NCBI GenBank assembly: GCA_016787165.1
Contig: JAEUTT010000015.1
Location: 1 to 32,786 of the forward strand
Source: Bacteroidia bacterium
Lineage (GTDB): Bacteria; Bacteroidota; Bacteroidia; 2-12-FULL-35-15
DNA: 32,786 nucleotides
Direction of reading: 5' to 3'
This document shows positions 18,459-26,905 of this stretch, piece by piece. Positions within the stretch are counted from its first letter, which is position 1. Every line of letters starts with the position of its first letter. Made by a program: the position numbers and the translations under genes. The notes under the pieces were generated by a model, which saw only the letters and a list, made by a program, of their open reading frames with translations, made no database searches and was not told the origin of the DNA.

Positions 18459-19112
18459 TTATGATTGTTTTTTTTTGCGATGTTGATCCCACATATCAAA
18501 TAAACGTACATTTAAGCTCATGTTTATAAGTAAATGGCCTTCAACTCCTCGTACTGCTTGTTTTTCAATGAGAACATCCTTTTTATTGTCGAATTCAAAT
18601 ACTTCTGCTTTAACATTGTATCCCAAATGCATCATGTATTGAGTAGTTAATGAAATGTCCATTCGGTCGTTTACATTGTAATGCGCTCCAACTCCAGCCT
18701 GAACAGCACTACTAAATTTATCTAAATAAAAATCAGAATTATTTTTCGACACTTTTGTATAGTCGAAACAATGTCCGGCTAACAAATAAGGTGTTACTTT
18801 ACCTGAAAGCATTTCATAATTGAATGGATAGGTTAAAACGCTCCAACCAATGTGCCAATCAACTCTACGAGCAATACCGGAAATATCAGTAGTAATGTAA
18901 TCCATGTACCAATCGGTATTTACACGATTAAGTACTCGAATTCTGAACTGGCCTCCGTAGCCAAATCCGTAAGCTCCATCATCGCTAAATGCACTGGCAG
19001 TACTTCTTACGCCAAGTGAAAAGTAGCCACTTTCTTTGTCTAGCTTTTCTCTTTCTTGAGCAATGTTCAAGAGTGGAAGAAATAGCATAAAGGATAAGAT
19101 GAATTTTTTCAT
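18459..19112 (-). CDS. Putative outer-membrane beta-barrel protein
   Basis: Signal peptide NIA|Q. Strands GYGGQFRIRV, TPYLLAG, QAGVGAHYNV and LINMSLNVRL. Confidence 0.7.
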   Translation of the reverse strand: MKKFILSFMLFLPLLNIAQEREKLDKESGYFSLGVRSTASAFSDDGAYGFGYGGQFRIRVLNRVNTDWYMDYITTDISGIARRVDWHIGWSVLTYPFNYEMLSGKVTPYLLAGHCFDYTKVSKNNSDFYLDKFSSAVQAGVGAHYNVNDRMDISLTTQYMMHLGYNVKAEVFEFDNKKDVLIEKQAVRGVEGHLLINMSLNVRLFDMWDQHRKKKQS

Positions 19113-19188
19113 GTTGAGGAAAGATTAAGTGTGTTTCTTGTAGTAAAACTAATTATTTGAATTAAATATTGTGCAATAAAACAATTAT

Positions 19189-19196
19189 TAACTTTG
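19189..19196 (+). promoter_or_regulatory. -7 promoter box for ctaA
   Basis: TAACTTTG (exact TAnnTTTG) 18 nt before the ATG. Confidence 0.6.
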
Positions 19197-19214
19197 TAAC
19201 ATCATTAATTTAGA

Positions 19215-20252
19215 ATGAATATGCTTAAACAAAATACTCATAAATCAATTATTCTTTGGCTTTTAACGGGTTGTTTTTTGATTTATTTAATGGTAGTGAT
19301 AGGGGGAATCACACGATTAACCCATTCGGGCTTATCAATGGTAGAATGGAATATGATAGTGGGTTCTATGCCTCCTATGTCGGATGTTGATTGGCAAATT
19401 CCCTTTGAAAAATATAAGCAGTCGCCCGAATACCAACTTATTAATAATCAATTTTCACTAGATGAATTTAAATCGATTTATTGGTGGGAATATATTCATC
19501 GATTATTAGGTAGAACGATTGGACTTGTTTTTATAGTTCCATTTTTTTATTTTTTAATTAGAAAAAGGTTTGATAAATCACTTTTGAAAAAAATGGTAGT
19601 ATTACTTGCATTAGGTGCTTTTCAGGGTTTTTTAGGATGGTTTATGGTGAAAAGTGGTTTGCAAAAAGAACCACATGTTAGTCATTATCGATTAGCAGCA
19701 CATTTAATAAGTGCGTTTACTGTTTTTGGTTTTACATTTTGGTATGCATTAGATTTAATTTATCCGGTAAAAAATGATTTAAATGAAGAATTAAAATTGC
19801 TTGTAAAAAAATCAAAAATTATGTTTGGTTTAATTGTAGCACAAATTATATATGGTGGTTTTGTTGCAGGTTTAAAAGCAGGTTTGTTCTACAATACTTT
19901 TCCGGCAATGGGCGAAGAGTATTTTCCTGATACGATTTTGTCGCATGATTCTTTTGCTTCTAATATGTTAGAAAATCCGGCAGGAGTACAGTTTGTTCAT
20001 CGATACTTAGCAATGATTGTGTTTGCTTACGTTTTATATGTATGGATTAATGCAAGAAGCAAAGCATTAACTATACTACAAACTAAAGCTGTTAATTTTA
20101 TGGCAATAGTGGTAGTAGCACAGTTTGTATTAGGAATACTTACATTGCTTTATGCAGTTCCTGTATCGCTTGGCGTGTTACATCAAACAGGTGCATTCTT
20201 TTTATTTGCAGCATCGTTGTTTTTTATGCATGCATTAAAAAAGAATGCTTAA
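19215..20252 (+). CDS. ctaA: Heme A synthase (COX15/CtaA, type 2)
   Basis: GGITRLTHSGLS, WEYIHRLLGR, GWFMVKSGL, VSHYRLAAHL, QFVHR, LHQ. Multiple transmembrane helices. Confidence 0.93.
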   Translation: MNMLKQNTHKSIILWLLTGCFLIYLMVVIGGITRLTHSGLSMVEWNMIVGSMPPMSDVDWQIPFEKYKQSPEYQLINNQFSLDEFKSIYWWEYIHRLLGRTIGLVFIVPFFYFLIRKRFDKSLLKKMVVLLALGAFQGFLGWFMVKSGLQKEPHVSHYRLAAHLISAFTVFGFTFWYALDLIYPVKNDLNEELKLLVKKSKIMFGLIVAQIIYGGFVAGLKAGLFYNTFPAMGEEYFPDTILSHDSFASNMLENPAGVQFVHRYLAMIVFAYVLYVWINARSKALTILQTKAVNFMAIVVVAQFVLGILTLLYAVPVSLGVLHQTGAFFLFAASLFFMHALKKNA

Positions 20253-20256
20253 TATT

Positions 20257-21366
20257 TTAAAAGTATTTAAAGTTGTGATTGTTTTTAATCGACTTTAAAC
20301 TTTGATAAATTAGTTTAATCACATTTTCTACGTCCTGTTTGTGCACGCTTTCTACTGTTGTGTGCATGTATCTTAAAGGTAATGAAATTAGTGCAGAAGG
20401 AACACCACCAACAGAATAAGCAAATGCATCGGTGTCAGTTCCTGTTGCTCTTGAAGCAGCAGCTCGTTGAAAAGGAATTTTATTTTTAGTAGCAGCATTA
20501 ATTACTAATTTTAATAAGTTATTTTGTACTGCTGGTCCGTATGTTAACACCGGACCTTTTCCACAAGCTAAATCACCACTTGCTATTTTATTCATCATCG
20601 GTGATTGAGTATCATGGCATACATCTGTGATGATAGCAACATCAGGTTTGATCGTTTGAGTAATCATTTCTGCTCCACGTAATCCTACTTCTTCTTGAAC
20701 AGAGTTGGTAATGTATAATCCAAAAGGGAGTTTTGTTTTGCTTTCTTTTAATAAACGTGCTACTTCAGCAATCATAAATCCACCAATACGGTTGTCTAAT
20801 GCACGACCAACATAATATCTGTCGTTTAACACCATAAACTCGTCTTCGTAAGTAACTACACAACCTACATGTATTCCAAGTTCTTCTACTTCTTTTTTTG
20901 TAGCACAACCACAATCTAAAAATATATTTTTTAAAGACGGAGCTTCTTCTTTTGTAGCATCTCTTACATGAATTGCAGGCCATCCAAATACTGCTTTAAT
21001 GATACCTTTATCGGTATGAATGTTTACTCGTTTGGAAGGAGCAATCATGTGGTCGCTACCACCATTTCTTCTTAAATAAATAAATCCATCATTAGTAATG
21101 TAATGTACAAACCATGAAATTTCATCGGCATGTGCCTCAATAACCACTTTAAAGTTTGCTTTTGGGTTGATTACAGCAACAGCAGTTCCATAATTATCAA
21201 TAAATGACTCATCGATGTATGGTTTGATGTAGTTTAACCATAATTTTTGTCCTTCACTTTCGAATCCAGTAGGTGAAGCATTGTTTAAATATTTATGTAA
21301 AAAATCAATAGAGTTTTTTGTTAAAATTGATGTTTCTGCTTTTTTTGTTGTCGATTTTTTTGCCAT
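20257..21366 (-). CDS. M42 family metallo-aminopeptidase
   Basis: EAHADEI, ALDNRIG, QEEVGLRGA, DVCH, GTDTD, LRYMHT. No signal peptide. Confidence 0.92.
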   Translation of the reverse strand: MAKKSTTKKAETSILTKNSIDFLHKYLNNASPTGFESEGQKLWLNYIKPYIDESFIDNYGTAVAVINPKANFKVVIEAHADEISWFVHYITNDGFIYLRRNGGSDHMIAPSKRVNIHTDKGIIKAVFGWPAIHVRDATKEEAPSLKNIFLDCGCATKKEVEELGIHVGCVVTYEDEFMVLNDRYYVGRALDNRIGGFMIAEVARLLKESKTKLPFGLYITNSVQEEVGLRGAEMITQTIKPDVAIITDVCHDTQSPMMNKIASGDLACGKGPVLTYGPAVQNNLLKLVINAATKNKIPFQRAAASRATGTDTDAFAYSVGGVPSALISLPLRYMHTTVESVHKQDVENVIKLIYQSLKSIKNNHNFKYF

Positions 21367-21408
21367 AGTTTTTAGGTTAAACTTTGATTGTTTTTGCTAT
21401 ACTAATAA

Positions 21409-23244
21409 TTAGTTTTTAGCTGTTTTAGATGCTACCCAAATGTTTACCATTTCTTCTAACATATTCATTGGTACAGGTCCTGAAGTTAAAACAATATCAT
21501 GAAATTCTCTGATATCAAATTTATCTGCTAATGATTGTTTGGCTTTTTCTCTTAATTCCACAATTTTAATCATTCCAATTTTGTATCCAGTAGCTTGAGA
21601 TGGCCAAACAATGTAACGCTCAATTTCTTTTTTGTTATCACCTTCTGGGTTGGGAGTATTCTCATTAAAATAAGTCAGTGCTTTTTCTCTCGTCCATTTT
21701 TTACGATGTATGCCAGTATCAACAACTAATCTTGCAGCACGAAATAATTCCATTGCTAATCGCCCAAAATCAGAGTAGGGGTCTGAGTAAAATCCTAATT
21801 CTTTTGGTACTAATTCCGAATACAAAGCCCATCCTTCAATGTAAGCTGTATTTCCACCATGTTTTCTAAATTTTGGTACAGTGGTTAATTCTTGAGCAAT
21901 GGCTATCTGCATGTGATGTCCGGGTATTCCTTCATGGTATGCTAATGCTTCCATTTGATAAATAGCTTGGTCGGCCATGTTATACAAATTAATATAGTAG
22001 CGTCCAGGACGAGATCCGTCTATAGCAGGGTCTTCATAAAATGCTCCTCCAGCGGATTTTTCACGAAATGCTTCTACCGGCATAACCACTAAATCGGCTT
22101 TGGGCTTTGTTAAAAACAATCCATCTAGTTTGCCTTTCATGCTATCAATAATCTTTACAGCTTTTACTCGGTATGCTTCTTTTCCTTCGGCTGTATTTGG
22201 ATAATAAAATTGTTTATCCATACGCATAAAGTCAAAAAACTCTTTTAGGTTATCACCTTTAAAATTTACTTTTCTCATGATTTCACGCATTTCATTATGA
22301 ATGCGTTCCACTTCTTTTAAACCTATTTCATGAATTTCGTCAGCAGTTAAAGTAGTGGTTGTGGTTTGTTGAAGAGCTGCATTGTAAAAATTATCTCCTT
22401 CTGGCAATTTCCATGCACCATCGTCTGTTGTTGCTTTTTTCTCTAATTCAATAAAATAATTTTTTAAACTTTCGTAAGCAGGCTTTACTGAACTTAATAA
22501 TGCTTCGGTAGCTTTAGTGATCAAATCTTTTTTTGTTGTTTCATCAATATCACTTAATGCATTTACTTTAGCTGTAAAGTCATCCATTAAAGGGTTTACC
22601 TCTTTAGAAGTATCAAAAGGTTTTCCGCTAATCACATTTTTGCAATCAGCAATTACATAAGGGAAAACAAATTTTGGTGGAATAATATTTTTTTCTTCTC
22701 TTGTTTTTAGTTTTACTAAAACTTGTTCAAAAAGGGGTTTTACTGCTATTAAACGAGAGATATAATCATCAGCTTCTTTTTTATTTTCAATGGTATGAAC
22801 ATTAATTAAAAATGCAGGCATTTCGGTATGGATGCCGCTCATTTGGTTGATTGGATATTCGTGAAAGCGCCATTTGAAGTTGTCAATACTTTCTTTGCAT
22901 GCATTTTCAAATAAGCGATAGCTTATTTTAGTTTGTTCATCTAATGCTTCATAATTAAAGCTTTTGAGTGAATCTAAATTAGCTTTGGTTATTTCTAATT
23001 CTTTTAGGTCAAATTCATCGCTTTCGTCTGTCCATTTATCATAATCTTTTTTTATCCCTAAAATAGATTGTTGCAACGGATCGCGGTCAACTTTTTCATC
23101 AAATACTTTGTCGAAAAATGCATTTGCTTTTGCACTTTCTGCTTTTATTTGTTCGGCAGTTATTTCATTTTGTTTAGCTTGATTAGTACAAGCAGCAGTT
23201 AAAATAAAAAAGAAAACTGTTCCATTCAAAAATATTTTTTTCAT
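21409..23244 (-). CDS. DUF885 family lipoprotein (putative metallopeptidase)
   Basis: Start moved to ATG 23244 (MKKIFLNG...LTAAC lipobox), which removes the overlap with the upstream gene. Motifs AYHEGIPGHHMQ, YIEGWALYSE, RLVVDTGIH, EIERY and QATGYKIG. Confidence 0.88.
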   Translation of the reverse strand: MKKIFLNGTVFFFILTAACTNQAKQNEITAEQIKAESAKANAFFDKVFDEKVDRDPLQQSILGIKKDYDKWTDESDEFDLKELEITKANLDSLKSFNYEALDEQTKISYRLFENACKESIDNFKWRFHEYPINQMSGIHTEMPAFLINVHTIENKKEADDYISRLIAVKPLFEQVLVKLKTREEKNIIPPKFVFPYVIADCKNVISGKPFDTSKEVNPLMDDFTAKVNALSDIDETTKKDLITKATEALLSSVKPAYESLKNYFIELEKKATTDDGAWKLPEGDNFYNAALQQTTTTTLTADEIHEIGLKEVERIHNEMREIMRKVNFKGDNLKEFFDFMRMDKQFYYPNTAEGKEAYRVKAVKIIDSMKGKLDGLFLTKPKADLVVMPVEAFREKSAGGAFYEDPAIDGSRPGRYYINLYNMADQAIYQMEALAYHEGIPGHHMQIAIAQELTTVPKFRKHGGNTAYIEGWALYSELVPKELGFYSDPYSDFGRLAMELFRAARLVVDTGIHRKKWTREKALTYFNENTPNPEGDNKKEIERYIVWPSQATGYKIGMIKIVELREKAKQSLADKFDIREFHDIVLTSGPVPMNMLEEMVNIWVASKTAKN

Positions 23245-23263
23245 TGTAGTTGATTTAAATAAA

Positions 23264-25360
23264 CTATTCTGCTGTAAATTCAGCATCTTTAATTCCTTTG
23301 TTGATTTCAACTGATTCAAGGATTAATTTTAATGGCAAAGGACCAAAATTTGCACTTACAGTTCCTGGAAATTTAATACCATTATATTCTTTATAGTCCA
23401 TAAAATCAGAAACAGTTGTAATAGCACCTTGTTCAGTTTGAGTTGTTTTTGATGAACGAACTTTTAACCCACTTGTTACATCATACCACTCAAAACTTTT
23501 TTTGCCACGAACATCTATTAGTTCTACTAAATAAGCATCATTTCCATTGATCGGTTCAATTCCTTTTATTGCTAGTTTGTAACCTAGTTTTTCATATTGT
23601 AATTCTTGATTGATTACAGCCTCTTCTTTTATTTCATCCAATTCTTCGCCAGCTAAACTTTTTTTGCCTTGCATTCCACTTGAAACAGCTTTGGTTCCAT
23701 CGTACACAATTTTTTGAACTGTCATTGAACCCATTTTGGCTGTCATTGCATATTTGGTTGAATTTTTTTGCTGAGTAATCATACTTATTTTCCCGTACTG
23801 TGTATCAGCATTTCTTTTTATGGAAATATCTTTCACACTATTTAATGCTTTTTCGCCACCAATTGCTTTTATATATGCATCAACTACTGTTTTGGCAGTA
23901 ATGTTTGCTGGTGTGGGTTTTAGCTTAGTAGGAACATTTCCATAGTTGTCGTAAAATTCAATTGTTTTTGTAGCACTAAACTTATCCAATTTAGGCGCAA
24001 TTTCATTTCTATCACCAACAATTAAGATGGTTGCATTTTCTGGGCGAATGTATTTTTGTGCCATAGCATATACATCATCTACTGTTACTGCTGCTAAATT
24101 TTTTAAATAGTTTGCATAATAATCTTTTGGTAAATTATACCTGTCAATATTAATAGCAAATTTTGCAACAGTTTCAGGATCTTCTAATGAAATGGCAAAG
24201 CTTCCTGTTAAAAAGTTTTTAATACCATCTAATTCTGCTTGAGGTACTTTTTCAGTTTTTATACGATTTAATTCATACATAATTTCTGCTATCGAACTAT
24301 CGGTTACGGCATTACGAACTTTTGCATAAGCACTAAATTCACCAACCAATTCATCATTGTTTAATGCAGAATAAGAGCCATAGGTAAAGCCTCTTTTTTC
24401 ACGTAAGTTCATGAATAAACGAGAAGAGAAACCTGCACCTAAGATGGTGTTTAACACTCTTGCTTTAATTACGTCTTCGCTGTTTGGTTTTAGATCAACA
24501 GGGTATGTAACATTGATTACCGATTGAACAGCACCGCTTTTATTTACAATTGCAACACGTGTTTTAGTAGGAGCTTCAGGTGTTTTATAGTTTTGTTTAG
24601 GAACATCTTTTTTCTCCCAAGAGCTAAAATGTTTTTCAATTAATGGTTTAACCTCAGCCAGCGTAACATCGCCAACAACTGCTAAATAAGCAACATTTGG
24701 GCGGAAATACGTTTTGTAGTAATTGTTGCAGTTGTCGAGGGTTATTTTACTTACACTTTCTTCTGTAGTAATTTCACCATAAGGATGGTTTTTGCCGAAG
24801 TTTAAAACTGCTTTTACATTTTTAGAGATTGCATCTGGGTCATCTTTTTGAGTAGCTAAGCCAGATAAGGTTTGCGTTTTGATTTTTTCTAACTCTTCTT
24901 GTTTGAAATCAGCATTCATTAAAACATCACTCATCAATTCTAATAATTTTACTTGTTGCTTTTTTAATGAAGCACCATACAAGCTTGTTGGACTTGCAGC
25001 TAATGTAGCACCAATAAAATCAATATCATTATCCAATTGATCTTTTGTTCTGTTTTTAGTTCCACTAGTTAGTAATTGTCCGGTGATATCAGCCAAGCCA
25101 ACTGCATCATTCTCCATTGCAGGATGAACGTTTAGTACAATTGAATAAGCAACAGTAGGTATTTTATGGTTTTCTACTACAAATACTTTTAATCCGTTAG
25201 CTAATTCAAATGATTGAATTGCTCCCATTTTTATTGCAGGTGCCGGAGCAGCCACAGGACGTTTGCTTCTATCAAGTTTTGTTGGCGTTGCTTGTTTTTG
25301 CTGAGCAATCATTATGGTTGCTATTAAAAAACTTGCTATTGAGAATATTGTTTTTTTCAT
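23264..25360 (-). CDS. M16B peptidase non-catalytic subunit with extra C-terminal domain
   Basis: Signal peptide MIA|Q, LANGLKVFVVE, no HxxEH, NLREKRGFTYG (R/Y pair), and a C-terminal extension of about 210 aa. Confidence 0.88.
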   Translation of the reverse strand: MKKTIFSIASFLIATIMIAQQKQATPTKLDRSKRPVAAPAPAIKMGAIQSFELANGLKVFVVENHKIPTVAYSIVLNVHPAMENDAVGLADITGQLLTSGTKNRTKDQLDNDIDFIGATLAASPTSLYGASLKKQQVKLLELMSDVLMNADFKQEELEKIKTQTLSGLATQKDDPDAISKNVKAVLNFGKNHPYGEITTEESVSKITLDNCNNYYKTYFRPNVAYLAVVGDVTLAEVKPLIEKHFSSWEKKDVPKQNYKTPEAPTKTRVAIVNKSGAVQSVINVTYPVDLKPNSEDVIKARVLNTILGAGFSSRLFMNLREKRGFTYGSYSALNNDELVGEFSAYAKVRNAVTDSSIAEIMYELNRIKTEKVPQAELDGIKNFLTGSFAISLEDPETVAKFAINIDRYNLPKDYYANYLKNLAAVTVDDVYAMAQKYIRPENATILIVGDRNEIAPKLDKFSATKTIEFYDNYGNVPTKLKPTPANITAKTVVDAYIKAIGGEKALNSVKDISIKRNADTQYGKISMITQQKNSTKYAMTAKMGSMTVQKIVYDGTKAVSSGMQGKKSLAGEELDEIKEEAVINQELQYEKLGYKLAIKGIEPINGNDAYLVELIDVRGKKSFEWYDVTSGLKVRSSKTTQTEQGAITTVSDFMDYKEYNGIKFPGTVSANFGPLPLKLILESVEINKGIKDAEFTAE

Positions 25361-25420
25361 TTTAAAATATCGTTTAATTATAGTTCTTGTTTACGTGAAG
25401 TTTTTATGAGAGAATGTATT

Positions 25421-26770
25421 TTATTGTTTTGGTAAATAATACAATACCACTCTATTTTCATTGGTCAGGTATTTTTGTGCAGCCTTTTGAATGTCTTCAC
25501 GCGTTACTTTCATAAATCGATTAATTTCGGTATTTATTAAATTCGCATCTTTAAAATACACATGGTAGTTTGCAAGATTTTCGGCAATGCCCGCCATTTT
25601 GGTGTTGGCATTTATAATATCATTTTCTAGTTGATTTTTTAATTTTTGAAATTCATCTTCAGAAATTAATTCTTTTTTTACTTTATCAAATTCTTCATTC
25701 ATTGCATTTTCTAAATCGCTTGGCGATACACCCATGTTTGTGATGCCAAACATTAATGCCAAGCCTGGATCTTCAGATGGTAAGGCAAATGCTCCGGCAA
25801 ACAATGCTTTTTGTTGTTTGTCTACAATTGATTTTTGCATACGAGAACTTTTGCCTTGCGATAATAAAGTGCTTAACATGTTTACTGCATAGTAATCAGG
25901 TGTTCCTTGAGCTGGAATGTGGTAAGCCATAATTACGGCAGGCAATTGAATATTATCTAACACGGTATCACGAACTTCTTTTGTTTTAACAGGTTCAACA
26001 ACTGTAGGACGAGGTATTACTTTTGTCCCTTTAGGAATAGTACTATAATATTTTGAAATTAATTTTTTTGTTTCTTCAATGTTTATGTCACCAGCAATAG
26101 ATAAAGTAGCATTGTTGGGCACATAAAATGTTTTGTAAAAATCGGTAAACTCGCTTAATGCTGCTTTGTTAATATACTCAGGAGAGCCTCCCGGTGTCCA
26201 ACGATATGGATGAACAGTGTACGCATGGCCAAATGTTTCATTTAAAATTGAACCATAAGGAGTGTTTTCATTGCGTTGTTTCAATTCTTCTTTTACAACT
26301 TTACGTTGTGTTTCTACTCCTACAGAATCAATTTTTGCATGCAACATACGTTCTGCCTCCATCCACAAACCTAATTCAAGTTGATTGCTTGGCACTACTT
26401 GATAATAAAATGTTCTGTCAAATGAAGTGTTTGCATTTAGTTGCCCGCCTGCATTTTGAATGAGTTTCATGTATTCACCACGACCGATGTTTTCGGATCC
26501 TTCAAACATTAAATGCTCAAAAAAGTGAGCAAATCCGGTACGTTGAGGATCTTCGTTTTTTGATCCTACATGGTAAAGTACTGTAACGGCTACAATAGGT
26601 GTAGCATGATCTTCATGCAAAATAACGTGTAAGCCGTTTGGTAAGTCATATTCAACAAACTTGATTGTGTTTGTTTGATTGATTTTAGCAGGTGCAGTTG
26701 CTTTTGTTTGTGCAAACATAAAACTACTTGTTGCTAATGCAGTTGTAAGAATTAAGCCTTTAAATTTCAT
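25421..26770 (-). CDS. M16B zinc peptidase catalytic subunit
   Basis: Signal peptide MFA|Q, LPNGLHVIL, GFAHFFEHLMF (HxxEH), NANTSFDRT, VVKEE, FYVPNNA. Confidence 0.92.
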   Translation of the reverse strand: MKFKGLILTTALATSSFMFAQTKATAPAKINQTNTIKFVEYDLPNGLHVILHEDHATPIVAVTVLYHVGSKNEDPQRTGFAHFFEHLMFEGSENIGRGEYMKLIQNAGGQLNANTSFDRTFYYQVVPSNQLELGLWMEAERMLHAKIDSVGVETQRKVVKEELKQRNENTPYGSILNETFGHAYTVHPYRWTPGGSPEYINKAALSEFTDFYKTFYVPNNATLSIAGDINIEETKKLISKYYSTIPKGTKVIPRPTVVEPVKTKEVRDTVLDNIQLPAVIMAYHIPAQGTPDYYAVNMLSTLLSQGKSSRMQKSIVDKQQKALFAGAFALPSEDPGLALMFGITNMGVSPSDLENAMNEEFDKVKKELISEDEFQKLKNQLENDIINANTKMAGIAENLANYHVYFKDANLINTEINRFMKVTREDIQKAAQKYLTNENRVVLYYLPKQ

Positions 26771-26905
26771 CTAAAATGTTGTTTTTAATTTTTCATAAAA
26801 ATAGCATTAATTCGTTATAAATAGAGCAATGTTAGATAAATGGTTTTAAGACGGGATAAATGGTGTTTTTTAAGGTAAAATAAAGTGGGTAGAAAGAAGC
26901 AAAAG

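Noticed and set aside
23245-23319. Longer N-terminus of DUF885 from the ORF track
   Set aside because: It overlaps the upstream M16 gene and buries the signal peptide. ATG 23244 gives a clean lipoprotein signal.
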